A DNA stretch of 64,000 bases from the human T2T-CHM13v2.0 reference genome, Homo sapiens, in NCBI RefSeq assembly GCF_009914755.1, contig NC_060928.1; one strand, given 5' to 3'. A program made the position numbers and the translations under genes. The notes beneath the pieces are model-generated. The model worked only from the letters and a program-made list of their open reading frames with translations, made no database searches and was not told where the DNA came from. Positions 13,851-29,608 of this stretch are shown here, piece by piece (position 1 is the stretch's first letter; each line of letters opens with the position of its first letter).

Positions 13851-15964
13851 TCCTATTTCTCCTTAGTTTATTTCTAGTCTTTCATTAACACTTAGTTGTT
13901 TTACAACCCTTATGTTGTAGATAAATGATAGTAATGCAACTTATTGTCCATAGGCAAGCTAATAAAATCTGTCTAGTAGAGGTTTGGTTGATTTCCTTTA
14001 CCAATGTGTGGGAAAATACACCCGAAATTTAGTTCTATTTGTACATTCTTAATCTATAGACTTTTAATATTTAGATTCTCTTTTGAACCAAATGTAGTAT
14101 CTTACTAGTTCTCTCATTAATCAGCTAAATAGCATCTTTAGCACTGTTCATTTTTATATCTGTATAAATCTCATGATTTTGATGTTTTAAAGTTTAATGT
14201 TTGATACATTGTAATTATTTTTCTGCTTTCATACCACTTTGGTTTGGAAATGTTTAGTCTTTCTTTTCCCCCCAAATTTATCATCTTATTACTGGATGTT
14301 AGCCTTTAAGTTACAAAAACAAGAACTTTGTTTTATCCTGTGGATTTTGCAATTCCATTTATTTAAAACTAAAAAAATAATGGGGAGAAGATGTGTTACA
14401 CAATTTAAAAAACATTCTTATTTTTATGTGAAATTCAAACATAATAAATGCTTTTAATGTGCATAACACAGGTTTAATTCCAGCAGTCATCTTGTGAGGC
14501 AGGAATATTATTATTTTCATTTTAAATTGAATAAAAATAGTGTTTAAAAGGCAGAGTAATAGTCCCAAATTTGCACAACTATTAAGTACATAGAAAATAG
14601 GATTGAAGTGATACAGTGGGCCATATGAAAATCATCCATTGGTTCAGACTATTAAATTCCTTCTCACTTCACATATCTCCCCTTTCTTATATCACATTGT
14701 TTTCTGGGTAAGGATATGACAATATCTTTCACAATATGCCTGAATGACTGATAAGTCCTGAAGTCTATCCTTCTAAGTGATATTATTGTGTATAATGTAT
14801 TATGGCTAAGTAGAGGTAGGACCTTTAAAATACTCCGTGTGAATTCTTAAGCTTAGCTTACTTTTTTATTCCAAGAATGTTACTATGCACGATCAAGCAG
14901 CCAAAAGCTAGCTCCCCAAACATCACTAACACCACTTGCTAATAAAACAAAGCAGAGTTTATTTCTTACCAATGTAAGGGAAAATGCTACCTTGCAAAGC
15001 TTCCGCAGCGTCTCAGAGGGAGAAGTCAAGGTCAGAATGTACTGATAATTGGACGTTTGGTTTATGGCAGGCCTTTCAGTGCAGGCACTTGACTGATATT
15101 GAATCAGAATCATGATACAACACTTTAGAATTTGTGGAAACAGTAAACAGAGATTTCGAGGTGAGAGATTCAAAGAATCTTAGGGCACAAATTCTCTGTT
15201 TATGTTTTTCTTTGAAAAGTTGACAAGCGTTTCAGGTGATTCCTGTACTGAACAACTAAATAATATTCTTAGGCAGCAGAATGCTGGAAAAATAAAATCA
15301 TGTTGCTGAAGACATAGCAAAGTCATGTCAATATAAAGATAAAGGTGTGATTTCAGTTTTCAGGGTCCAGGGTGAGTGTGGGGATAGCTAGTTTTACTTC
15401 TGAAAAATAACATTCAATGAAGGAGAAAAAAGTTATTTTTGAAATGTTTAAAGAATTACTGTTTATGAAATTATTTAAGATCATTTATACCTCTGTTGCC
15501 TTTTAATCGTTGTGTAAGATTACTGTAACATGCAAAGTATATTTCAACCTTCACAGATTAAGAGGCAGGGGATAAAGTAGGTAATGAAAACAAGGATAAT
15601 AAATAATTTTCTTAGTCTGATGACAATCTAGTAATATTAAAAAAACAATTGAGATAAGAAGCACAAAGTACTTAACAAAAAAACAAAGCGTAAATTCCCA
15701 GAACTGAGGACTTTCTAAAAATGCTCATATTTTATTCAAATTAACCTCTTAAAATGTGGTGTAATTAACATAGCTTGTGCCTTGTTATCAACACAGCTGC
15801 CATGTCACATTTCTATCTTTTCAGGTTTCTCTGGAGCTCTCATAAAAGAAATATGTTCATAAAAATTATCATATTAAAACAAGAGAATAAGATTTTAAGA
15901 ATAGGGAAATTTCAGATATGTCTCTTTGTCAAACAAGTTGGAGAGGTTATTTATTAGATTTGCA

Positions 15965-15965
15965 T

Positions 15966-15997
<32 letters not shown>

Positions 15998-15998
15998 A
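15965..15998. repeat. (TG)n(CG)n alternating purine-pyrimidine tract
   Basis: Direct reading. Confidence 0.95.
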
Positions 15999-16584
15999 TG
16001 ATGTCTGAAATGTTGAACTTTACTTGTGTCCTGTGTTCTAAGGAAATGTCTATTTAAAATTTCTCCAAAATCCCCTACACTGCCCTTTGTCTTCAAGGAA
16101 AGCACTAACAGCAAGGGCCATCCACACTCACATATTCCAAGATAAGACTTTTCTCCATCCATTCTTCATGACTTTCTTAAGAATTACCAATGATTCTCAT
16201 GTTTGCCGGCCTCCAACGTATCCAAAGGCCCTCCCCTCCCTTTGAGATCTTCTTCACTGAGGCCTGTTCTCTATATTGCAATAAGTTGTTATTGAATAAA
16301 ATAATCTCTGTAATTGTGTGATCGTCTGGTGCTATATATGCATGGAGACAGACAGATAGATATAGTTGATAGTTACAAATAGCTCCACCATATTGGACTC
16401 TTCACAGGGATGAATTAGATAGATTTTCTCTTTGATATCCCAACAATGCCTGCTTTCAGCCTCTATGCTGCTACCTCATCATTCACAAACACAAGGTGAA
16501 GCAGCATAAAGGGACATATTCAAAAGAGAACAAATGATACTATTTTATACAGATTTTGTTCTCATTCTATTTACATGTATGGAA

Positions 16585-16790
16585 CAGCTGTGGAAAAAAT
16601 AGTATGGGCTTTGGCATTTGAACAATAAGGACTTCAATTTTAGTTTCTCAATTCCTTAGCTTATGACTTTGGTGAAATTACCGAGTCTTATTCTACTCGC
16701 CTGTAAAATGAAAAAAAAATAGATCATATGAAAATATTTCTTAACACATATAAAATATGTACAAAGTTCCTGGCAGAAAGTGGATGTTAG
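16585..16790 (+). mobile_element. MIR fragment
   Basis: ATGGGCTTTGG...TATGACTTTGG...CTGTAAAATG core-like motifs. Confidence 0.55.
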
Positions 16791-16905
16791 TATTCTTTCA
16801 TCCTCATTCCCAGCTGTGTTTTATTTTATCAATTTATGAAGAACTATATCTCCTAATTAATTCACTTATATTAAGTTATAAATAAATACTAATGACTAAA
16901 GTGAT

Positions 16906-17640
16906 TGAAACTGCCTTTGCAAAAATTATAACTGAGAAAATTATGATGGTGAAAGAGATCTGACCTAACTGACTCTGTCTTACTTCCAACCTCCAAACTG
17001 TCCTTGTTCATTCCTGGGTGTAGGCCAAACTAACTTTGAGAGGAACTTACTTTACAGATTAACTTTGAAACAAAGATGATAACAGCTTTTTCCCAAAACA
17101 GACCCTCTTCCTGCCTGGGGACTAGGCTGCCTTTGCCAGACTAACAAATTAGCCACGAGATTAGAAATTATGATTTAGGAGTCATGCAGCTGGAAGCTAA
17201 AAGTTTCTGAACCTCCTCAAACAGCTCTTGGAGATAACATCACTGTTGTAAAACCTAACATCAGTGCTTGAGGTATTTTGCAGACCCCGTACTTGATGGA
17301 TCAGCTGGCACCACCCGGATCAATAAAGGGTCTCATCTAGTTTTGTGGCCCTCACCCAAGAACTGACTCAGTGCAAGAGGACAACTTTGACTCCCAATGA
17401 TTTCATCCCTGATCTAACCAGTCAGCACTCCTGACTCACTGGCTCTCTATCCATCAAAGTATCCTTAAAAGCTCGAATCCCCGAGTTTTTGAGGAGACTG
17501 ATTTGAGTAATACTAAGACTCTGGTTTCCCGTAGATTTTGCTCTGCATGAATTAAACTCTTTTTCTCCTGCAGTTTTCCTGTTTTGATAAATCAGCTCAG
17601 TCTAGGCAGAGGTCAAGGAGAATTTGTTGGGCAGATGAAT
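16906..17640 (+). mobile_element. LTR8-family ERV1 solo LTR
   Basis: Starts TGAAACTGCCTTTGCAAAAATTATAACTGAGAAAATTATG, the recalled LTR8/LTR8A start; ~730 bp. Confidence 0.85.
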
Positions 17641-17683
17641 TTTGCCCCTATTATTGGTATTTGTTTGTGGACATCAACAGAGC

Positions 17684-17978
17684 TATAATCAAGCCAAAAC
17701 ACATAGAGTATGATATAAACACATATAATATAATCAAGCCAAAACACATATAATATCTAATGTAGATGCCATGATTCTCAATAGAGGATATAAAGATGTT
17801 CCCAAAATCAAACCAACAGGCAGGTGTATTTTCTACCTCTGTAAATATAAACACATATAATATAATCAAGCCAAAACACATATAATATCTAATTGTAGAT
17901 ACCATGATTCTCAATAGAGAATATAAAGGTGTTCCCAAAATCAAACCAACAGGCAGGTGTATTTTCTACCTCTGTAAA
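17684..17978. repeat. Tandem duplication with ~132-bp period, plus a third partial 22-bp copy
   Basis: 17713-17844 is nearly identical to 17845-17978; TATAATCAAGCCAAAACACATA occurs three times. Confidence 0.95.
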
Positions 17979-18718
17979 ATCAACCAATACATTAATTTGA
18001 ATAGGTAGATACAGCTACTCATACCTGCTACATATTTCTTTCTCTAGTCTATCTTAATTATTTTGATTTTTGGACTCTGTGTCAAACATATGACTTGTGT
18101 TTTTTTTTTTAATAAATGATAGTAAATGAACATCACCCATGTGAGCCCATATATGTGGCAAATCACAATAAGATACTGGGATTTTGGAAGGCCTATATGG
18201 AAAAACCAAATCACCTTCAGATATAACAACCTGTTTTCCCTGAGATTGTCATTCAAGAACAAGGGCTTTTAATAATCACTGTCATCATTGTAGTTTGTCA
18301 TGCATGCCTAACATGCTCTTTTTTTAAAATAACAAATTAACAGACACTTAAGATTAACCTATCCTGTGCTACATAAACTACTCTGGAATTACCTGAGAAG
18401 TAATGTTTAAATCTCTATAAAGGAATAGAAAATGGTGGGGAATGGAGACGTGTGCCCTTTAAAAATAATAAAATAAATGAAGACTCAAGAATATTCAATC
18501 ATTTATTAGGATGAGCATACTAAAAGTGCTCCAGAAATCAAAGAAAATAAAGCAAAGTGATATAAGTTAATGTAATTGTATTACTGGCTTTCAGGGCCTC
18601 GAGGCCAGGCGTTCAAAGCTAGACATTTGGCACTGTATTTTATTCACAATAAACTGTTAGTCTAATGAAGAAAACTAAAACATTTTTATTTTATTTATAT
18701 TTATTTGACATATTTGGA

Positions 18719-19400
18719 TATGGTTATTCAGGGGGTCTGCACACAGAAGTAACCCAGCAAAGCTGCCTTTTGTGGGGACGATTTGCATCTGTAGAGAAAA
18801 CAAAGGGAAGTAAACAACAGATGCACACAGGTTTCTTTGAGGCCCTCCCTTGTCCAGTCTAGGAAAGATTAACTAAGAATCTGACAACTTTAAATATCTG
18901 ACTGAAGCATTTACCACTGGCTGTCATCTATTCTTTCGGAGGGCTGCAACTTGTAAGGTTTCATCTGCATAAGATCACCTTTGCTAGCCAGGTCTTCTCT
19001 CCCTCTTGTAACCTGTTTTGCCCATAACCTGCTCTGTCAAGCTCCAAGCTTCTATTCCTTCTGCAACCTCAAGATAATGTAAAAAAGTCAATTATCTCAC
19101 CTTTTTTTTTTTTTTTTTTTTTGAGACGGAGTATCCTTTTGTCACCCAGGCTGGAATGCAGTGGCACGATCTTGATCTCAGCTCACTGAAACCTCCACCT
19201 CCCTGGTTCCAACAATTCCTCTGCCTCAGCCTCCTGAACTATCTCACCTTTTTTGAATTTTTATATTCTGTATAACTCTCATGCACACATGGCATGTAAT
19301 AAAACATAAATGCCTTTTTTTCCTGGTCATTTGTCTTTTACCATTTCTTTTATAAACTCAAATTATCAAAACTTCAAGAAAAAAATTAAAGTGTTCTATA
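18719..19400 (+). mobile_element. MER34-family ERV1 LTR interrupted by a truncated Alu
   Basis: GCAAAGCTGCCTTTTGTGGGGACGATTTGCATCTGTAGAGAA motif and AATAAA at ~19298; boundaries approximate. Confidence 0.6.
19102..19236 (-). mobile_element. 5'-truncated Alu (right-arm 3' part)
   Basis: Poly(T) then GAGACGGAG...CTCAGCCTCCTG; TSD AA(T/C)TATCTCACCTTTT on both sides. Confidence 0.9.
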
Positions 19401-19740
19401 ATGAATAAATAAATGAATTTATCAACAAATATTTGAATGATTGCACATAAATCTAGATAAGATAAAACCCTCATTATTAGATTTTATTTCATTTTGACAA
19501 ATATGTCAGTTAGGTTAATGCCAAGAAAGCAGAAAATAATTGCATATAGAAAAGGACTAAACAAAACCACAGAAGCTGAAATTATAATTAATCGTAGGAT
19601 TATGTACAAAACATCCCCGACAATGCCATTGAGGGATAAAATGAATGGATGAACTCAAGCATCATTTTAAAATTATGTGTATACATTTCTTAAGAAACAT
19701 ATTTAATGTTGAAGTTGTCAACATTAAAATAATGGAAATA

Positions 19741-19815
19741 TCTCACATACCCCACACATATACACATTTACTATGTACCCATACAATTTTTAAACGTAAA
19801 AATAAAATAAAATCA
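19741..19815 (+). mobile_element. Very short L1 (L1PB/L1MA-type) 3' tip inserted in the ERV 3' LTR
   Basis: TCTCACATACCCCACACATATACACATTTACTATGTACCCATACAA plus A-rich tail; absent from the paired LTR at 28701. Confidence 0.7.
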
Positions 19816-19870
19816 AAATAATCAGAATCTAGTTCAAACAAGTTTATTCAAGAGCAAAGCTGAAGATAGT

Positions 19871-20240
19871 TGTATTAGTCTGTTTTTACACTGCTATAAA
19901 GAACTACCTGAGAATGGGTAATTTATAAAGGAAAGAAGTTTAATTGACTCACAGTTCTGCATGGGCTGAGGAGGCCTCAGGAACTTTACAATCATGGCAG
20001 AAGGTGAAGGGAAATGCAAAGCACATCTTTCATGGAGGCGGAAGAGAGAGAGAGTACAGGAGGAACTGCCGAGCACTTTTAAACCATTAAATCTCATGAG
20101 AACTCACTCACTATCACAAGAACAGCATAGGGAAAACCACCTCCATGATCCAATCACCTTCTACCAGGTCATTCCCTTGACATGTGAGGAACGCAATTCT
20201 AGATGAGATTTGGGTGGAAACACAGAGCCAAACAATGTAA
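19871..20240 (-). mobile_element. MSTA solo LTR nested in the ERV 3' LTR
   Basis: TGTATTAGTCTG...GATGAGATTTGGGTGGAAACACAGAGCCAAAC. Confidence 0.9.
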
Positions 20241-20530
20241 CTGGCAATCCTGCAACCATACACTCCAAAGGAATGGGGTCAGTGCTTTGAAGTTGTAAAG
20301 GTTAAGGTCATACTTATATAGGCATATATAGGATCAAGGAGTTCCCATGTTACAGAATCAATTGCCAATATTATACAAAGGACAAATTAAAACAAGGAGA
20401 GACAATAATTGGATTACAAAGAAATAAGGCCTGGAATATCAATCCAAGGAGAGGTCATCCTATATAAGTGGTGAATTTATGAACATCTCAGAAGTCAGTG
20501 ACAAGTACTACTAATGTCATATAGTGGTCA

Positions 20531-20900
<370 letters not shown>

Positions 20901-22595
20901 GGAATTTAGTTAAAACAAGCAAGGCAAAAGTTCTACTTTACATAGGGTGGTAACAATCATCAATGTTCCTAAGACAACAATAATAACAACTACTATAAAA
21001 TAAGTATAAGCATTCATTCACATACATGCCTCTTCTTGTGTCTTGGGAAAGCTGACCATCTCCGATGTCATCTCCTTCTTATCGTGGCATCAGTTTATCT
21101 TAAGTCAAAGACCATCTTCCAGTGAAAAGACTCATTCAGGAGATTCAATTTTCATTTCTAGAAAGGTAAATCCAGATATCTATACCTTTTAATTTAGCAA
21201 TATAAGTACTCCTTACTTGGTAAGGTTCATTCCATCTTATTTGGAGAAGGTCATTTACAATGTATTATTTCTAGCAGACAAAATCTCCTAGTTGAAATCC
21301 ATGATCTTTGAGATTTTTGTTTCCTGGGAGCTCACTATGAAAAGATTATTTTGCCAATTCATAATTTTTAATTAATTGTTGCATAAGACGATTAGATAAA
21401 TTTTTTTTCTGTCAAGAAGGCAAAGTTTTAAAGACATAATTTCATAAATCTGTCTGTTATAATTTCAAATGAAGATGATCAGTGTTTACTGAAAGGAGTT
21501 GATCTTAAGTTTAGCAAAACCAGTGGAAGAGCTTTTGGCCAAATAATTTTGAAAACCTTGTTTGATTTTGCCAATTGGCTTTGAGTATTCCATTTATGCT
21601 TTCTACTAATCCAGATTTCTGGGGGTAATAAGCATAACAGAAAAGTTGAAGACCAGAATTATTACTGACTGAGTGAAGTGATTTGTCCAATAAAATGAAC
21701 GCCTCTGTCCCTGTGAGTTTCCAAAGGAAATCCTCAGTCAGAATTTTTTCTAAAAGGATTTTACCATTGCTAAAGCCGTTGCTCCTCTGTGTGTAAATGC
21801 TTCTACCCAATGAGAAAACATACAACTCATTATCAGTACATATTTATAGACTTGTGAGGGTGGCAGCTAGATAATATCCAGTTATGGCATTTCAAAGGGA
21901 TCCTTGGGTAAAGGAAAGTGTCCTTAGGATCCATGTATAGTTTTCCTGGATTATAATTTTGGCAAGTATGACATCTGTTGTCTACCTTATGAGCTATGGT
22001 CAGAGAAAGTTCCATAAACATATTTGCTCTAAGCAACAACTTTGTCAGGACTCCAGTGAGTTAGATTACACACATACATTAAAAATGATAACTGCAGTTC
22101 AGCAAACGGTATGAGCAAATCATTTGGCCTGTACCACATTTCATGTTTGAGGGGTATTTTTACCCTTGTGTTTCCCAACCTTTTTGTTCTGATTTTGGAG
22201 CTTTGGATTGAGCTAATTTTATGTCAAATTCAGGTGCTTTCTTAAAAGTTAATACAGGTTGTTTTTCTTACTTAGATATGCTTAGAGCAGCATTATTTGC
22301 CACCTATCCGCTCACTGATTTCCTCTGCTTTCTGTGGTATTTCATTTTGAATGATACAGAATTCTAATATTGGCCAGAGGTTTTTGTAATAATACGTCTT
22401 CTAGTAGTTTTGAAATAAAATGTTTATGTTTTATGGATTGACCCAGAGAAATTAAGAAACCTTTTTGCTTCCATTACATTTGAAAATCAAGGACTTCTCC
22501 AGTTCAGCAAGTGTGAGTTCAGCAATGCTACCGCAGAATGAGGGACAAAGATATTAAGGGGTATTCCCTTTATAATTTCTTCAGCTGCCTTAACT

Positions 22596-23112
22596 CAGTG
22601 GTCCGGGCACCAGGGACAGGTTTCATGGAAGACAATTTTTCCACGGACCAGGGTTGAGGGATGGTTTCAGGATGATTCAAGTACATTACATTTATTGTGT
22701 ACTTTATTTCTATTATTATTGCATTGTAATATATAATGAAATAATTATGCAACTCACCACAATGTTGAATCAGTGGGAACACTGAGCTTGTTTTCCTGTA
22801 ACTAGTTGGTACCATCTGGGGGTGAGGGGAGACAGTGACAGATCATCAGCCATTAAATTCTCATAAGGAGCACACAACCTAGATTCCTTACACGTACAGT
22901 TCACAATAGGGTCCCTGCTCCTATGAGAATCTGATGCCGCCACTCATCTGATATGAGGCTTAGCTCCGGTGGTAATTTGAGCAATGGGGAGTAGCTGTAA
23001 ATACAAATGAAGCTTCACTCAATTGCCTGCTGCTCATCTCCTGCTGTACTGCGCAGCTCCTACCAGGCCAAAGACCATTCCCCATCCATGTCCTGGGGAC
23101 TGGGGACCCCTG
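22596..23112 (+). mobile_element. MER1A (hAT-Charlie non-autonomous DNA transposon) inserted in ERV pol
   Basis: CAGTGGTCC...GGGGACCCCTG termini; MER1 core GGTTTCATGGAAGACAATTTTTCCACGGAC; perfect 8-bp TSD CCTTAACT at 22588-22595 and 23113-23120. Confidence 0.93.
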
Positions 23113-23627
23113 CCTTAACTAAAATAGCAGTGGCTTATATGGCTCTCATACAAAGTGGCAATTCTCTAGATACAGGGTATAATTGTTGTCTATAATGCCC
23201 TTCAGGTTTATTTTGATCTCTGTGTTTTTGAGTTAGGATCCATAAAACATTTCCATCACTTTCATGTATAAATAATGAAAATGGAAATTTATAATTTGGA
23301 TGCCCCAAAGTTGGGATATTAGCAAGGTCATTTTTGACCATTTCTAAAGTTAGTTGATTTTCTTTAATGCAATCTAGAAGGTCTGGCATTTCTTGTTTTA
23401 AGACCGCATATAGGGGCCAGGCTTTTAAAAAGAAATAAGGATTCAATTTCTACAACACCATGCTGTTTCCCAAAACTCTCTCAAGTGTTTCTACGTTCTC
23501 TGTGGCTGAAAAGCTAAAATTCCTTTCAACCTATCTGGATTCATAGAAAGTCCTTCCTTAGATATTAGGTGTCCTAAGTACTTTACTTGATTTTGACAAG
23601 ATCGAATGAGTTTTTTTAGATGCCTTA

Positions 23628-23973
23628 TGATATAGTTTGGCTTTGTCTCCCTACCCAAATCTCATGTCGAATTGTAATTCCCAATGTTGGGAGTGGGAGG
23701 TGATTGGATCTTGGTTTTCCCCACCATGTTCTCATGAAATCGTTTTTTAAAAGAGTGTAGCACTTCCCCTTTCTCTCTCTATCTCTCCTGCCACCATGTG
23801 AAGACACGCTTACTTTCCACTTGCCCTTCTGCGATGATAGTAAGTTTCCTGAGGCATCCCTAGCCATACCTCCGGTGTAGCCTGTGAAATGGTGAGTCAG
23901 TTAACCCTCTTTTCTTTATAAATTACTTAGTCTCAGGCAGTTCTTTATAGCAGCATGATTATGAACTAATACA
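23628..23973 (+). mobile_element. MSTA/B solo LTR inserted in ERV RT
   Basis: TGATATAGTTTGG...AACTAATACA; 5-bp TSD CCTTA. Confidence 0.92.
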
Positions 23974-24308
23974 CCTTATAATCTTTTAGTGCCAATTTTG
24001 TAACAGGTATATTCTATCCACTATGGAAGCGCATTTGTTCTCTGAGCAAAAAAGTAAATTATCTACATATTTCATTAAGACAGATATATCAATAAAGTCA
24101 ACATCTGAGCAGTCTGTTTTTAGTATTTGTGAAAAGTAAGTTTGGCTCTCAGCATACCCTTGTGTCATAACTGTTGAAATATATTGTCTTTCTTTCCAAG
24201 TGAAGACAAAGAGAAACTGGACATCTTTGCCTCTAGTAATGCTAAAGAATGCACTCCATGTCTATGTCTGTAAAAAAATTATGCATTATATAGAATAATT
24301 GTGAGTAA

Positions 24309-24644
<336 letters not shown>

Positions 24645-24711
24645 TAAAATTATAGATTTTAATCATTCCAAAGCTTCAGTTCTCAAGGGACACTCTCTGT
24701 GTTTTTCTCCA

Positions 24712-25525
24712 TTTTATTTTTTATTTTGGATTCAGGTGGTACATGTTCAGGTTTGTTACATGGGGATATTGCATGATGCTAAGGTTTAGGCTTCTAATGA
24801 TTCTGTCGCCCCAGTATTGAACCTATGTTCAATACTGACAGGTAGTTTTTCCACCCTTAGCCTCCTCCTCTCTCCTTTTAGAGTCCCCAGTTTCTATTGT
24901 CCTCAACTTTGTGTCCATATTTACCTAATGTTTAGTTCCCACTTATAAGTAAAAACATTCAGTATTTGGTTTTCTTTTTATGCAATAATTCACTTAGGTT
25001 AATGGCCTCCAGCTACATTCATGTTGCTGCAAAAGACATAATTTTGTCCTTTTTTATGACCTCATAGTATTCCATGGCATATATGTACCACATTTTCTTT
25101 ATCCAGTACTCTGTTGATGGGCACCTGGGGCGATTCCTTGTCTTTGCTATTGTAAATTGTGCTGCAATGAACATACAAGCACAGGTGTCTTTTTGGTAAA
25201 GTAATTTATTTTCCTTTTGGTGTATACCCAGTAATGGGATTGCTGGGTCAAATGGTAATTTCAGTTTTCGTTTTTTGAGAAATCCTGAAACTGCTTTCTA
25301 CTGGGTCTAAACTAATTTGCATTCCCACCAAGACTGTATAAGTATTTCCTTTTCTCCACAACCTCCCCAACATCTGTTATCTTTTGACTTTTGAATAATA
25401 TCCATTCTTACTGGTATAAGACAGTATCTCACTGTGGTTTTGATTTGCATCTTTCTGAAGATTAGTGATGTTGACTTTTTTTTTCATGTTTGTTGACTGC
25501 TTGTATGTCTTCTTTTGAGAAGTGT
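24712..25525 (-). mobile_element. L1 3' end (L1PA13-16/L1PB-like) inserted in ERV pol
   Basis: T-rich tail, GGTACATGTTCAGGTTTGTTACATGG, CCCAGTAATGGGATTGCTGGGTCAAATGG. Confidence 0.9.
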
Positions 25526-26149
25526 GTGATTGATATTTGGAAGCAGTTTTGATAAGTTCATTTGAATTTTTATTGAAGTAGGTGAAACAATAGTTTATCA
25601 GTGGAGAACTTTGAACACAACTGATCAGACACTAAAATAGCAGGCTTTGTAAGTCTTCATTGCTTAATAATTCAGTGTCTTCAATGTCAAGATGAATAGT
25701 AATTGAATTAAATTTTGAAAAATTTTTGCTAAATTTTTTTGTTATGTCTGTTAACTCTGTTTTATCATTCATTAATTTTGTTTTGCCATTTGGATAATTT
25801 AATTCTAAATACATTTTCCCCATCTGCGAGTAAGAAATATGATTTTTACATAGTTCTAAATAGTCTCTTCCTATTAGCTGGATAGGGGCTGATGGAACCA
25901 AAAAGAAAACATGAATCCCCCATGTAGGGGACCTAGTGGGAAAGTTATAAACTTAGGTTTTTATGTTTTTATGCTGACATAGGAATATTTGTCACACCCA
26001 CCATTGAATCAAGTGTTTATAATAAAGACTGGGGCCTTGTAATAAGGTGGGATTTACTACAGAAAACATTGCCCCAGTGTCAATGAGGGCTTGGAATTGT
26101 TCCCCATTTAAAATAATTGTTATTTCTGTCAGAGTGTTAGTAAAAAGAA

Positions 26150-27520
26150 AAGGAACTATCCCTTTAAGTTTCTCAGAGCACTCCTATCCGTTTCTCCTTT
26201 GTTATTCTCTCTGTTTTAATTTTTGGCATTTAAAAAAAATGGTCTCTTTTTTTGCAGCAATTGCAAGTTGGAGGATTAGATGTGTTCAGGGGTTAATTGG
26301 GGATATTTTGGCTTTTAATTTTTGGGTGGATAATTGTTTCAGTTGCCAATTCATAATCTTGTTAGTTTTATGCTTTTGTCTGGCCTCTTTCTCTTTTTCT
26401 TTAATTAAAGTAGGTCAGCAAGATTAACCAAATCATGAATTTGAGAATTGGCCCAACTGGGATATTGTTTCTGTATTATTTGTGCTAATTCTTTGTGTAA
26501 CCTATTTGTAAAGTTGGAGTTGAGAATACTGTTTTGATGATTAGTATAATTTCCCTCAGATACGCCTGAATATTGGCTAAGAATTTTTTCAAATCTTTCA
26601 AAGTCAGCCATTACTGACTTATTTGGAATTTTTCAACATTAGTGTATTTTATTACAACCCATTACCTTTTGTATGACTAAAGGAATGCCTGCAAGCAGAA
26701 TCTTTACAGTTTCACAGGCATTCCTTTGACCTCGTACTGAACATTTTTGGAAATTCTCTAGTGGATTTCTCCAACGACTTTTACCAATCTAATCTTCAGC
26801 CTTACTTTCCACAACTAATATGTGAACTATTTTTTATTTATATAAATCGGAAAAGCCAAAGTCATAAGTTTAAATATTTAATTTAAACTCCTTGCCAAAG
26901 CCAGTAGAGTCCTGATGGAAGTCCAACATTTCCTTAATTATGTTTTTAAGTTCTACCTTTGACCATGGTTGACAAACTGAGGCAGGGTTTTTCTTTCCAG
27001 ACACTGACTGTATAGAAAATGAAGCCAGAACAGCAAGGGTAGAAGGAGAAGAAAGGGAAGCAGATCAAGGCAAGTTAAGAAAGTAAAGTGTAAAGAGAAA
27101 AAGGAGATGAAGGAAGAGAAGGATAAGCTTCTCATGGAGGAGGAGAAGCTTTGGCAGCCTTTTCATAAAGTGTTTTGACAATCTTTCTTTTTTCTTCTTG
27201 TAAAGAAATAACTTTTCCAGAACCCCTTTTGGATGCTTCTAAATACCAATAAAAATAGGTCTCCCAATGATTCCATTTTATCCTAGAGCCAGCTTTTTTT
27301 TTCTAATTGCACCCACAAGTAAATGATTTTAAGCATTTCAAAAGTTCCCCACTTGAACCATTGCAATTTCGGTTCTTCATATGTTATATAAGACCATTTT
27401 TTTAAATACGACAAGAGGTGAAACCATAAGTATTGTATGTCAATCCATCTGAAGTCTCTAAAGGTAAAGCTTCCTAAAAGACAACTCAGGTTTAGATATG
27501 TGATCACTAATAATTTGTAT
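26150..27520 (-). pseudogene. Disrupted ERV gag
   Basis: MA-like LKKWSYIT..LQWFKWGTFEM (27283-27507) and CA-like FERFEKILSQYSG..LNSNFTNRL (26405-26611), upstream of protease. Confidence 0.7.
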
Positions 27521-27682
27521 TATCCTCTTAATTAATGAAAGGCTGGAAAAGAGAAAGATGTTTTGGATCAAATTTACTAGTTAGGGAAACAGCTCTCAAA
27601 GATGTCATCCTTTGGTCAGTTCTTCCCTTTATGCAGCTAGGTAAAGCCCAGGAATTCTGTGTGCTTAAAGCACTGGAAGATC

Positions 27683-28046
<364 letters not shown>

Positions 28047-29298
28047 TCATTTCTTATCACTAGCGGGAAGCTCCAACATTCCTGTGAGACGTTAGTAATC
28101 TAAGGTTCCTTTCATCTAGGAGGAACACTGTCTTTGTCTTCGGGACATATCATGTCCTCATAAAGGTCTTTTATAAATTTTTGGTCACACAAATAATTTA
28201 AATGTGTCAAATTGAACCAAGCTTCCAAACTTGGCCAGTTTAAGATAACAATTTTACTTAAGCCATAGACATTCACTTCTTCCAGTTAAAGAAAAACATA
28301 TTTTCCTTTAACCAGTTTTCAAACAAGGGAAATGGTTGCAAACTTTAGGAAACAGAACAACAATCACAAAAAAACCACCCCTAACCCTAAAGAAGAGTAA
28401 AATTACAAATTTGCAAACAATAAAATCTGTAGACAGATAAGAAACATCCTACCTTAAATGCTTTAAAATATAATTCTAGCCCTGTCAAGGATATAATCAG
28501 GTTGCTTACATAAAATCTGAAACTCACGTCAGTCAGGGAGATTCAAAACCTGAGACGGGCCTCACCAAGGGCTCTGGCAAACTCCAGCAAAGTCGGTTGG
28601 ATGGAAATGGTCCATGCTGGTACCAGGGCACAGGCCTGTCTGTGAAGCAGCAGGAGTCAATGGAAGAAACCCACTTTGGGTCACATGTGGGATGCCACTA
28701 TGTCAACATAAAATAATTGAAATAATCAGAGTCCAGTTGAAAAGAGTTTATTCAAGAGAAACCTGAGGATAGCCATCTGGAAAACACAGACTTTGAAGGA
28801 ATGAGATCAGTGATGAAAAGCTGAAATGTTAAGGTCTTATTTATATATTCAGAAAACAGACAATTAACAGGATTATATTTTTCACCAAAAGCAGTTTTAA
28901 GAGTTACAGAAATTTGATTACTTACGGGTTGTTTTCTTTTCTTTCCTCAATTTAAAAGCATATATCTCACATTCCATCTTATACAATGTGATATTTCTGA
29001 GGTTTTTGTGAGAAGAGAAGAGAAGAAAGAGGGAAGTTAATATACAATGAAGGACTATCGTTAAGAGGGAAGGGGTCTTTTCTGGCACCCTTGAGTCTTT
29101 ACAACATTTTACAAAACAATGTAGGTAAAGAAAAGTTTAATCTCAAGTCAGAGACACAAAGGTTACAGCAGCCTGAGTTATAGCTGCCTGTTAGGTGACT
29201 CAGGTTCCATAATCACATTCCTTAAGTTATAATAATGCTTATTTTGAATTACTTATTTATGAAAAGTCAAATATTTTCTTCAAAAATTATAAAAACTA

Positions 29299-29608
<310 letters not shown>

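Noticed and set aside
17684-17978. Repeated 22-mers as a CRISPR-like array
   Set aside because: Primate DNA, the spacers are themselves duplicated, and there are no cas genes.
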